Assembly (NCBI GenBank): GCA_965217585.1
Contig: OZ244561.1
Span: 768,001-832,000 of the forward strand
DNA from: Candidatus Latescibacterota bacterium
GTDB lineage: Bacteria > Latescibacterota > UBA2968 > UBA8231
Direction of reading: 5' to 3'
Length of the DNA stretch: 64,000 bases
Under the pieces are notes generated by a model. It made no database searches, had not been told where the DNA came from, and worked only from the letters and a program-made list of their open reading frames with translations. A program made the position numbers and the translations under genes. This document shows, piece after piece, positions 1-8,436 of this stretch (position 1 is its first letter; each line of letters begins with the position of its first letter).

Positions 1-1716
1 CGTCACCCAATCGGAGCCGATCTCGGGCATGAACACGAACTTGATATGGCCACCGGTGACCAGCCCGGCGGTACACAGCATCAGTGATAAAGCTAAGGCG
101 GTAGTGGAGATCGGATGAGCCAGGGCCAAGCGCAGCGTGGGTTGATAGGCGTGGCGGATCACGTACTTGAGGCCGCGGTCAAAGACGACGACGACCCGGG
201 CGTGCCAATCGAGCGGGCGCATGAAAATCCGGCGGAAGAGGCGGCTGAGTGGCCCGTGTCCCTCAGAAGACAGGTGCGCTGGCAGAATGAATAGGCTCTC
301 GATCAGCGACAGCAGCAGCACGGAGATGACGATCACGGGGATGACCGACATGAACTTACCCATCATGCCCTCGACGAAAAACAGCGGCATAAAGGCCGCA
401 ATCGAGGTCATAATCGAGAACACGACCGGCGTACCGACTTCGAGCGCCCCGTCAATGGCGGCGCGACCAAAGGGTTTCCCCTGCACGCGATGGGAAAAGA
501 TGTTTTCGCCGACGATAATCGCGTCGTCAACCACAATGCCCAAGGCCACGATAAAGGCAAATAGCGACAGCATGTTGATCGAGGCGTCGAAAGGCTCCAT
601 CAGCACGAAGGCCCCCAAAAAGCTGATGGGAATGCCCATCATCACCCAGAAGGCCAAGCGGAGGTCGAGGAAGAAGCTCAGACAGATAAAGACCAGCACC
701 AGACCAAGGCGGGCGTTGCGGACCAGCAAATCTATGCGGCTGCGCAGGATGCGCGCGTCGTCGCGCGCATAGCCGATGTGGATCCCCGCCGGCAGGGTCG
801 GGCGTTTGTCCTCGATGTACTGGTGGACATAGGCGGAGATGTCGAGGGCGTTCTGGTCGCCAATGCGAAAGACCTGCACCACGGCCGCTGGCTGGCCGTT
901 GAAGCGCGAGATGAGATCGGTATCCTCAAAGCCATCGACGACGGTGGCCACGTCTTTGAGCTTGAGGGCGGTGCCGTCGGGGCGGGTGAGGACGACGACC
1001 TCTTCGTATTCGCGGCCGGCGCGCATCAGCCCCTGCGTGCGGAGCAAGATCGCGCCGTCCTCGCTCTCGACGCTGCCGGCGGGCAGGTCGATGCTAGTGC
1101 GGCGGACGGCATCGGCGACCTGCGCGAAGGTCAGACCGTAGCGGCGCAGGGCCTCTTCGGAGACTTCGACGGCAATCTCATCGACGCGCACGCCCTTGAG
1201 CTCGACCTGCGAAATGACGCCGCTGCTGCGCAGGTCGTCGCGCACTAGTTCGGCGGCTACTTTGAGGGCCTTCTCCTCCACATCGCCGTAGAGCACCACA
1301 TCGATGGCTTGATTGCGGCGAGTCAGCTCCTTGATGACCGGCTCTTCGATCTCGGCCGGGAAGGTGTCGATGCGGTCGATCTCGTTTTTGATGTCGTCGA
1401 GGAGTTTGTCCATATCGGCACCGCGCTCTAGCTCGATGCTGACTGCGCCCATGCCTTCAGAAGCTGTGGAGCGCACGCGGCGCACCCCCTCTAGGCCGCG
1501 CACCCGCTCCTCGATGCGCTTGCAGACGGCGTCTTCGACCTCGGCCGGGGTCGCGCCCAGATAGGGCACTTGGATTTGCACTTGGTCGAGCGACATCTCG
1601 GGGAAAGTCTCTTTCTTGGTCTGCATCATGGCAAACAGGCCGCTCAATATGATGAAACCCATCAGCAAATTGGCGGCGACGTGATTTTTCGCCATCCAAG
1701 ATACGGGTGCTTTCAC
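1..1716 (-). CDS. RND efflux permease (AcrB/AcrD/AcrF family), runs off the left edge
   Basis: Manual translation from GTG at 1716 (GTGA overlap with the MFP stop) gives MKAPVSWMAKNHVAANLLM. Further in: INMLSLFAFIVALGIVVDDAIIVGENIF (RND TM4 motif) and SLLLSLIESLFILPAHL. Confidence 0.93.
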   Translation of the reverse strand, partial: MKAPVSWMAKNHVAANLLMGFIILSGLFAMMQTKKETFPEMSLDQVQIQVPYLGATPAEVEDAVCKRIEERVRGLEGVRRVRSTASEGMGAVSIELERGADMDKLLDDIKNEIDRIDTFPAEIEEPVIKELTRRNQAIDVVLYGDVEEKALKVAAELVRDDLRSSGVISQVELKGVRVDEIAVEVSEEALRRYGLTFAQVADAVRRTSIDLPAGSVESEDGAILLRTQGLMRAGREYEEVVVLTRPDGTALKLKDVATVVDGFEDTDLISRFNGQPAAVVQVFRIGDQNALDISAYVHQYIEDKRPTLPAGIHIGYARDDARILRSRIDLLVRNARLGLVLVFICLSFFLDLRLAFWVMMGIPISFLGAFVLMEPFDASINMLSLFAFIVALGIVVDDAIIVGENIFSHRVQGKPFGRAAIDGALEVGTPVVFSIMTSIAAFMPLFFVEGMMGKFMSVIPVIVISVLLLSLIESLFILPAHLSSEGHGPLSRLFRRIFMRPLDWHARVVVVFDRGLKYVIRHAYQPTLRLALAHPISTTALALSLMLCTAGLVTGGHIKFVFMPEIGSDWVT

Positions 1717-2963
1717 TGTTGACCTCCTAAGCTCCCGTCCGCGAGGCGCACCTGCATACCGTCAGTAACACCGCTGAGCTGAGAGACGATAATCCGCTCT
1801 TCGGGGGTCATGTCGATATAGGCGAGTACCTCATCCTGGAGTGCGCGCACCACTTGCACTGGGCGGATGCTAAGGATGCCGTCACGGCCCACCGTCCACA
1901 CGCGATCGCCTTGGCGCAGCGCGACGCGGGGCAGGACGCGGACGCCATCGACGGTGCGGCCAGCGATGGCCACATCGACAAACATCCCCACCGTCAGCGG
2001 CGGGATCCCGGCGGCAATGCCGCCGTAGGGCGCTTCGACCTCGACGACTAAGCGGACCATGCGGCTTTGCGGGTCGAGCTCGCCCTCGGTGCGAACTAAG
2101 CGCCCGCTCCACTGATGCTGGCGGCCGGCAAAGGTCCCGCTGACCTCGGCGCTGGCCCCCTCTCGACTAAAAGCAAAGGCGCGGGGGCCGCCCTCGGCGT
2201 TGCGATCGGCAACGGACCCGGTGCCCGGTGCGCTGGCCGCCGCAATGTCGATGGGCATCGGCAGGGTGAACCACCCGAGGTCTTCGTCGGGAACCGGGAC
2301 GACGATCTCGGCCTTTTCAATGCTGTATATCTGGGCGATGGCTTGGCCGACGTTGAGGTGCTGGCCGACATCGACGCGAGCGGTGCGCACCCGGCCGGCA
2401 AACGGGGCGTACACTTTGGTGCGGTCGAGGCGCAGCTGCGCTTCGGCGAGGCGCGCTTCAGCTCCTTGGAGGCTGGCCTCGGCAGCGCGTAGCTGGGGTT
2501 TGCGCAGCACCAAGTCGGTGGGAGCTTGGTCTTCGGCGTGGAGCTTTTCCCACTCCTCCTCGGCGATGGCGGCTTCCTCCCGGGCCAAGTCGAGTTGGTA
2601 GCGCGCCTGCGCCACTTGGACGGCGGCCTGTTGGACGGTGAGTTCGTAGTCGCGTGGATCAATCCGAAAGAGCAGCGCGCCTTTGGCAAAGGTCCCTCCG
2701 GGTTCGAAGTCTGAGTCCTTCCACACCACAATACCCGAGACCTGCGGCACGAGGTCGATCTGGGCGTCGGGGCGCACCGTGCCCTGCCCCTCAACTACGA
2801 CCTGGACCTGTTGGAGCGGGGCGGCGATGGCTTCGACGAGCGGGCCGGCATAGGAGCGGGCGACGCGCTGCGGCGGCTCGCGCATCGAGGCCAGCAGTTG
2901 GAAGGCCCCAAAGCCGAGGGCGAGGATGAGGACCGGCAAGACTATTTTGAAGACGCGCATCAT
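1713..2963 (-). CDS. RND efflux periplasmic adaptor (membrane fusion protein)
   Basis: N-terminal anchor, PQVSGIV...LFRIDPRDY lipoyl half, coiled coil, TKVYAPFAGRV. Lies between the OMF and RND genes. Confidence 0.93.
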   Translation of the reverse strand: MMRVFKIVLPVLILALGFGAFQLLASMREPPQRVARSYAGPLVEAIAAPLQQVQVVVEGQGTVRPDAQIDLVPQVSGIVVWKDSDFEPGGTFAKGALLFRIDPRDYELTVQQAAVQVAQARYQLDLAREEAAIAEEEWEKLHAEDQAPTDLVLRKPQLRAAEASLQGAEARLAEAQLRLDRTKVYAPFAGRVRTARVDVGQHLNVGQAIAQIYSIEKAEIVVPVPDEDLGWFTLPMPIDIAAASAPGTGSVADRNAEGGPRAFAFSREGASAEVSGTFAGRQHQWSGRLVRTEGELDPQSRMVRLVVEVEAPYGGIAAGIPPLTVGMFVDVAIAGRTVDGVRVLPRVALRQGDRVWTVGRDGILSIRPVQVVRALQDEVLAYIDMTPEERIIVSQLSGVTDGMQVRLADGSLGGQQ

Positions 2964-4378
2964 TGCTGAATCTCCGCGTGCTGAGAGGCGAGGGTAAAGC
3001 CGCCACCAAGAGCTAGGTGTAAGTCGATGCGTGTATCGAGGCGCTGGCGACGGACGGCGAGTAGGCGGCTCTCGGCGTCAAAGGCCCGGCGCTGAGACTC
3101 TAGCAGGGCGATGAGATCGGCAAGCCCTCTGGCGTAGCGATCTTCGGCTAAGGCGCGCGCTGCTACGGCTTCTGCCGCGGCCGTGGCTAATGCTCGTTCT
3201 TGGTCGGCGAGGAAGCCTTCGGCGTTCAGCGCCCCCTCCACCTCGCCGTATGCTCTAAGTGCGCTCTGGGCGTAGGCAAAGAGCGCTTGCTCGGCCGCGG
3301 AAGCGGCCTGATCAACGCCAGCGCGCAGGCGCCCACCTTGCAGCAGGGGCTGCGCGATATTGCCCACGAGATTCCAGACCGAAAAATCGCCGTCGAGCAA
3401 GTCGCTCAACGCGCTCGACGAGCGGCCCGTAGAGGCCGTGAGGCTAATGCGGGGCAACAGGGCGCGCCGGGCTTGGGCCAGCCGGCGGTCGGCCGCGGCG
3501 AGGCGGCGCTCAGCGGCCACGAGGTCGGGCCGTCGGCTCACGAGCTGGGCGGGCAGGCCGGCTGGAACCGGGCCGCCGACAGCGGGCAGCTCGCCCCCGA
3601 CCTCAATCCGGGCGCTGGGATAGCGGCCCAAGATCAATTCGAGCTGGCGCAGCGCGGCATCCCTTTGCTGGCGGCGTTGGGCGAGGGTTGCTTCGGCCGC
3701 GGCCAAGCTCGACCGGCCCAAGCGCACGTCGAGCGACGAGCGCAAGCCGCGGCGATAGCGATCCTCTATCTGTTCGGTGGAGAGCCGGTAGTTTGCAACG
3801 GTCGCGCGCGCCAGCTCAACTTGGTGACCCGCCTCGACCGCAGCGAAATAGACCCGCGCCGTCTGCGCTGCCAGCGACAGGCGCGCCGCGCGGAAATCAG
3901 CGGCTGCGGCACCGGCGTCGGCCAGCCCGGCTTGGGCACCGGCGCGCAAGCGACCCCAGAGGTCGGCTTCCCAACTCGCCGTCAGATCGACGCCAAAGGA
4001 CGTGCTCTTAGAGGTCAAGACCTGATCCGGGTCTCGCCCGGGGATGGGCAGGCCGACGAAATTCTGTTTGCGCCGCGAGCCATTGGCATTGCCGCCGAGT
4101 TGGGGCCAGAGCGGCGCGCCAGCCACCCGAGCCTGGGCTTGGGCTTGGGCAAGACGCGCACCAGCGATCTTGAGGTCGTAGTTGTGCGCCAAGGCCAACG
4201 CCACGAGACTGTCGAGGCGCGCGGCTCCCATATCGCGCCACCAGTGGTCGGCGACTGGATCCTCTGACACTCCAGCCGTCCATTGGTCCGGCTGGGCCAA
4301 ATCGAGGGCCGGATATTCGACTTTAGGGGCGGAAGCACAGGCGAGCAGAAACAGCACCGGGAGGCACAACGGCCTCAT
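2960..4378 (-). CDS. Outer-membrane efflux lipoprotein (OprM/NodT/TolC family)
   Basis: Likely start ATG at 4378 (MRPLCLPVLFLLAC lipobox, ATGA overlap). Motifs ASWEADLWGRLR, PAQLVSRRPDL and LHLALGGG. Confidence 0.92.
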   Translation of the reverse strand: MRPLCLPVLFLLACASAPKVEYPALDLAQPDQWTAGVSEDPVADHWWRDMGAARLDSLVALALAHNYDLKIAGARLAQAQAQARVAGAPLWPQLGGNANGSRRKQNFVGLPIPGRDPDQVLTSKSTSFGVDLTASWEADLWGRLRAGAQAGLADAGAAAADFRAARLSLAAQTARVYFAAVEAGHQVELARATVANYRLSTEQIEDRYRRGLRSSLDVRLGRSSLAAAEATLAQRRQQRDAALRQLELILGRYPSARIEVGGELPAVGGPVPAGLPAQLVSRRPDLVAAERRLAAADRRLAQARRALLPRISLTASTGRSSSALSDLLDGDFSVWNLVGNIAQPLLQGGRLRAGVDQAASAAEQALFAYAQSALRAYGEVEGALNAEGFLADQERALATAAAEAVAARALAEDRYARGLADLIALLESQRRAFDAESRLLAVRRQRLDTRIDLHLALGGGFTLASQHAEIQQ

Positions 4379-5241
4379 GGCAATTTTCCAGGGGAAGCAG
4401 CAAAGTCCGCGTACAGGGCTTCTAACTGTGCGGGGCCGGGATCTTGGTCTAAGACGAAGAAAGCGTAGTGCAGTTCCAAGCACTCGCCGGCTGTCAGCTC
4501 TAAATCGCCTTCCATCAGTAGACCCGTGCCCAGCAAGTTGGCGCGGGTAAACCAAGTGACCGGGTGGCGCGGGTTGGCCGGGTGATCCATGAGCGCGACA
4601 AAGCCGCCGCTTTCCCCGCGCGCCCCGACCCAACGGGCGCGCTGCCCCATGATGTCCGCGTGCCCGCGGCGTCCCTCGCTGCAATAGTGGTCAGCCTCGG
4701 CAAAGGGAGGCCCCATGCGCAGTACCAATCCCGAGTAGCGCGCCGCCCGCGAGGCTCCCATCACCAACCGGTCACCGGCTGGCTCGATGCGCGTGGATAT
4801 CCGCAAGCAGTAGCCGCCCTCAGTGCTATAAAAGCCAAAAGAGCGCGACTCCCGCGCCATGAGTTGGTCGCGGCCGTCGAGCCAAGAAAGCGACTCAGTC
4901 ACACAGGCCGCGTCCAAGGCCGTGAAGCGATCGTGCCGCTGCACGCCGTGGCTGTCGTCGACGTGTTCGTATTTCTTTGTTTCCGGCAAATACCAACGCC
5001 CGCCCCACAAGTTCGCGTCGTTGACGTGGACCCAGCCGAAGAACAGCCCGGTGTGCCAAGCGTGGTCGGGCGGGCGGTACTCGGTCACGAGTTGACCAGA
5101 AAGCGTGTACAGCGGCGCGAAGCAGGGCTTGGGGGATTCGCTGCGGGGCAGCTCCTCGGTGGCGCGGTACAGGGCGAGCAGCCGGTTGGCCGCGTGGATT
5201 TCAACGCCGAGGGCGTTTTCTCGCAAATCAAAAGCACTCAT
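4375..5241 (-). CDS. PmoA-family/DUF6807 protein (probable carbohydrate-binding beta-sandwich; not a true methane monooxygenase)
   Basis: KPCFAPLYTLSG, PPDHAWHTGLFFGW and MDHPANPRHPVTWF motifs. Start MSAF at 5241 behind a GGAGA RBS. Confidence 0.7.
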   Translation of the reverse strand: MSAFDLRENALGVEIHAANRLLALYRATEELPRSESPKPCFAPLYTLSGQLVTEYRPPDHAWHTGLFFGWVHVNDANLWGGRWYLPETKKYEHVDDSHGVQRHDRFTALDAACVTESLSWLDGRDQLMARESRSFGFYSTEGGYCLRISTRIEPAGDRLVMGASRAARYSGLVLRMGPPFAEADHYCSEGRRGHADIMGQRARWVGARGESGGFVALMDHPANPRHPVTWFTRANLLGTGLLMEGDLELTAGECLELHYAFFVLDQDPGPAQLEALYADFAASPGKLP

Positions 5242-5243
5242 AG

Positions 5244-6179
5244 TTATTTCTCCAATTCTCGTTTGAACCATGCAATCGTCCGGCCCAGGCCTTCGTCCGA
5301 CCCCACGCGGGGCGTCCAGTCGAGCAGGGAGCGGGCCTTGTCAATGTCGGGCAGACGCACCCGGGGGTCGTCCTGCGGCAGCTCGCGGAAGGCAATGCGG
5401 CTCTTGGACTCAGTCATGGCAATGATTTTGTGGGCTAGGTCCAGCATGGTGATTTCACTGGGATTGCCGAGGTTGACCGGAGTGGTCACGTCGGACAGCA
5501 TGAGCTTGTAGAGGCCGGCGATCAAATCGCTGTAATGGCAGATGCTGCGCGTTTGCTGGCCGTCGCCATAGACGGTCAGATCGCGGCCCTTGAGGGCTTG
5601 GATGATGAAGTTGGGCACGGCCCGACCGTCGTCTTGGCGCATGCGTTCGCCATACGTATTGAATATGCGCGCAATGCGCACGTCCGTGCCGTGCATGCGG
5701 TGGTACGCCATGGTCATGGCCTCGGCAAAGCGCTTGGCCTCGTCGTACACGCCGCGGATGCCAATGGGGTTGACGTTGCCGAGGTACTCCTCGGACTGGG
5801 GATGCACCAAGGGGTCGCCATAGACTTCCGACGTGGAGGCCAGCAGGAACTTGGCCTGCTTGGCCACGGCCAGCCCCAAGGTCTTGTGCGTCCCCAATGC
5901 GCCGACCTTGAGGATGTTGATGCCCAACCGCTCGAAGTCGGCCGGGCTAGCTGGGCTGGCGAGGTGCAGGATGAAGTCGAGCGGACCGTCTACGTGGATG
6001 TAGTTGGTGACATCGTATTGGATAAACTGGAATCGCGGATGGCCGAGCAGATGGGCGATGTTCTCGGGCCGGCCCGTGAGGAAGTTGTCCATGCAGATGA
6101 TTTCGCAGTCTTTTTCCAGCAGCAGGTCGCTGAGGTGCGACCCCAAGAAACCCGCGCCGCCGGTGATCAGCACGCGCAT
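5244..6179 (-). CDS. UDP-glucuronic acid decarboxylase (UXS-like extended SDR)
   Basis: [34 protein letters not shown] and RIFNTYG motifs. Confidence 0.93.
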   Translation of the reverse strand: MRVLITGGAGFLGSHLSDLLLEKDCEIICMDNFLTGRPENIAHLLGHPRFQFIQYDVTNYIHVDGPLDFILHLASPASPADFERLGINILKVGALGTHKTLGLAVAKQAKFLLASTSEVYGDPLVHPQSEEYLGNVNPIGIRGVYDEAKRFAEAMTMAYHRMHGTDVRIARIFNTYGERMRQDDGRAVPNFIIQALKGRDLTVYGDGQQTRSICHYSDLIAGLYKLMLSDVTTPVNLGNPSEITMLDLAHKIIAMTESKSRIAFRELPQDDPRVRLPDIDKARSLLDWTPRVGSDEGLGRTIAWFKRELEK

Positions 6180-6338
6180 TATGTAGGCTCCTTTCGCTAC
6201 TGGTGGTCCGGCAATTCGCCGCTCGCTTTACTCCTAAGTTAAGCAACATAAAAATGTATTGCCGTCTTGAGGAATTTTCAACCTCGACCCGGGAATGCTG
6301 GCCTTAGAAAGCTGGAAGACCAGTGCATTTTGAACTAT

Positions 6339-6365
6339 ATTTATGATTTATTATGAACCATAAAT
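6339..6365. promoter_or_regulatory. Imperfect palindrome upstream of vapBC, probable autoregulatory operator
   Basis: ATTTATGATTTATTATGAACCATAAAT has ATTTATG/CATAAAT arms and lies just upstream of the antitoxin RBS. Confidence 0.45.
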
Positions 6366-6378
6366 GTGAGGTAAAGAT

Positions 6379-6618
6379 ATGGAATCTCTGACTATCCACA
6401 TGGACGATGCCTTGGCCCAACTCATACGCAAGAAAGCCACCGCCGAGGGAAAAAGCCTAAACAAGACTATAAACGGTGTGCTGAAGGAGGCCTTGGGGCT
6501 ACAGCCGACCGATCACCGAGCGGACTTTTTGGATCAGTGCGGCGTGTGGAGCACCGAGGAACGGACTGCATTCGACGCCTTGACTCGCCGCCAAGTAGAT
6601 CCTGAGGACTGGCAGTGA
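6379..6618 (+). CDS. vapB: Antitoxin (RHH/FitA-like, VapB type)
   Basis: 79 aa with the RHH pattern LTIHMDDALAQLIRKKATAEGKSLN. Overlaps the PIN gene (GTGA). Confidence 0.8.
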   Translation: MESLTIHMDDALAQLIRKKATAEGKSLNKTINGVLKEALGLQPTDHRADFLDQCGVWSTEERTAFDALTRRQVDPEDWQ

Positions 6619-7004
6619 AGGCCCTGTTGGATACCAATGCGTTAAGTGCCCTGTGGAGCGGCGACGAACGCGTACTCGAGGCCTTGGGTGAGGCAGAGGG
6701 CGTATTTATGTCCATCATCGTGCTCGGCGAATTATTCGCCGGTTTTCGCGGGGGGACGCGGCTGAAAGAGAATCGCGCCCGTTTGGCTGGGTTTTTAGCC
6801 AAACCCACCGTGCGCACGCTCGAATTGTCCACCGAGACGGCCGAGGTTTATGGTCAGATCAAGGATGTACTGAAAAGAGCCGGTACGCCTGTACCTATTA
6901 ACGATGTCTGGCTATCGGCTCAAGCCATTGAAACCGGCTCGGTCCTAATCACTTTTGACAACCACTTTAGCAACGTGCCAGGGGTCCGCCTGTGGGACCC
7001 CTAA
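6615..7004 (+). CDS. vapC: PIN-domain toxin VapC
   Basis: LLDTN, LGEL, PINDVWLSAQA and LITFDNHF acidic PIN motifs. Confidence 0.93.
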   Translation: MKALLDTNALSALWSGDERVLEALGEAEGVFMSIIVLGELFAGFRGGTRLKENRARLAGFLAKPTVRTLELSTETAEVYGQIKDVLKRAGTPVPINDVWLSAQAIETGSVLITFDNHFSNVPGVRLWDP

Positions 7005-7047
7005 CCTCTCAGCGTTCTTCCAAGTTGAGCCTCGGTCACGCCTAACC

Positions 7048-7809
7048 CTAAGAAGTCTCCAGCCCCATGTTCTGGTGCTGGCTTTGCAGGGACTCTTGGT
7101 ATCTCCGCCGACCTGCCTCATCCACCTTGCAACTGATGCCTTCGAAGACCATGGCAAAAGCGCGGCGGTGGCGCTGCGACGAGCGATTGGGGTCGGCCCG
7201 GTGGATGACTTCGCCGTGGTGGACTACCGCGTCGCCGGGCTGCAAATGCACCGCGATTTCGTTGGCTTGGTCTTGGGGGCCGTAACCGGCAATGCCCTGC
7301 GAAAAACCCAGCACCGAGGTGCGGTTGTGCGGTCGGATGCCCTTGCGGTGCGAGCCGGGGCTGTAGCGCAGGCAGCCGTTCTCCTCGTCAACCGGGTCGA
7401 GGGCCAGCCAAATGGAGGCGACGTTGGGCGGCGTGAGGTTGAAGTAGAAATTGTCCTGATGCGGCGGCGTAGGGTGTTCGGTCTGCGGCGGCTTGTTGAA
7501 CCACTCGGGCTGGCTCACCTCTGCGGCTTCGCCGATGAGGGTTTGGGATAGGGCCTTCCAGCGCGGCTGGTCGCGGTACTCGGAGAAGAAGGCGTCGTAG
7601 TTGCCCATGCGCTGTAGTTGTTTCAGGGTTTCGGGCCGGTCCTTGTCTTGGTAGAAAGCGGCCTGATCGGGCAGGGTTGGCACCACTTCGCGGATGTAGC
7701 GGGCGACTTGGGCCGTTAGGTCTTTGAGTTCGTCGGGGGGCAGGAAGTTGCGCACGAGGACGAAGCCGTCGCGGTCGTAATCAACTTTATAGGAAGTGTA
7801 GTCGGACAT
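7048..7809 (-). CDS. Phytanoyl-CoA dioxygenase (PhyH) family Fe(II)/2OG oxygenase
   Basis: DGFVLVRNFL, TPPHQDNFY (HxD), ENGCLRYSPGSH and distal His in VIHRA. Confidence 0.9.
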   Translation of the reverse strand: MSDYTSYKVDYDRDGFVLVRNFLPPDELKDLTAQVARYIREVVPTLPDQAAFYQDKDRPETLKQLQRMGNYDAFFSEYRDQPRWKALSQTLIGEAAEVSQPEWFNKPPQTEHPTPPHQDNFYFNLTPPNVASIWLALDPVDEENGCLRYSPGSHRKGIRPHNRTSVLGFSQGIAGYGPQDQANEIAVHLQPGDAVVHHGEVIHRADPNRSSQRHRRAFAMVFEGISCKVDEAGRRRYQESLQSQHQNMGLETS

Positions 7810-7953
7810 GGTGGCGCTCCCTTCGGCTTTGCTCAGGGCAAGCTCTCAGTTTTTCGGTCGCTTTGCGAAATGAACTCGTATTCGACCGTATCATTTTAAC
7901 TAACTTCATCGCTGAATGACAGTTAATGCGATCTATCCCCGACTTTTTTCATA

Positions 7954-8017
7954 TCAACTAAAATTTTAGTTGACAAGCCGAATGCCGTCGAGTATGTTCA
8001 ACTAAATTCTTAGTTGA
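7954..8017 (+). promoter_or_regulatory. sigma70 promoter flanked by two palindromic BlaI-type operators
   Basis: Perfect palindrome TCAACTAAAATTTTAGTTGA (7954-7973) overlaps -35 TTGACA (7970-7975). A 17-bp spacer leads to -10 TATGTT (7993-7998). Second operator TCAACTAAATTCTTAGTTGA at 7998-8017. Confidence 0.85.
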
Positions 8018-8028
8018 AAGGGCTTGCC

Positions 8029-8436
8029 ATGGCGACCAGAGACAAACCCGACAAAAAGCTGACCCCACTCGAAACGCTCATTATGAATGTCCTGTGGGAC
8101 GAGTCTCCCGCAGCCGTCAAGCAGGTGCAGGAGCGGCTAACGGCCGTCAAGCCGATGGCCTACAATACCGTGCTGACCATAATGCGTATCCTGCGCGAAA
8201 AGGGCTTTGTGGTCTCGGAACGAGAAGGTCGGTCCGACCTCTATCGCCCGGTGGTCACGCGCGAGGATATGGGGCGGCGCTCGCTGGGCGAAGTCATCGA
8301 CTCGTTCTTTTCCGGCTCGGCCGAAGCGCTGGTCAGCCAACTGCTGGACGGCCAGTCGCTCACTGACGAAGAGTTGACGGCGATCCGGGCGGAGTTAGAT
8401 CGAACCCTCGAGAACAGAAAAGGAGGCCAGCGATGA
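8029..8436 (+). CDS. BlaI/MecI/CopY family transcriptional repressor
   Basis: LTPLETLIMNVLW, AYNTVLTIMRILREKGFV, FFSGSAEALVSQL. Coupled to the M56 gene (ATGA). Confidence 0.93.
   Translation: MATRDKPDKKLTPLETLIMNVLWDESPAAVKQVQERLTAVKPMAYNTVLTIMRILREKGFVVSEREGRSDLYRPVVTREDMGRRSLGEVIDSFFSGSAEALVSQLLDGQSLTDEELTAIRAELDRTLENRKGGQR

Noticed and set aside
4379-4684. N-terminal 100-aa extension of the OMF ORF
   Set aside because: It overlaps the upstream gene, and the lipobox defines the start at 4378.
4375-5241. Particulate methane monooxygenase
   Set aside because: Soluble PmoA/DUF6807-family protein with no TM helices and no pmoB/C; the family name is a misnomer.
7819-7844. CCCTTCGGCTTTGCTCAGGGCAAG, possible dispersed short repeat
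   Set aside because: Resembles CCTTCGACxxxGCTCAGG-type intergenic repeats, but it is single copy here and cannot be verified.
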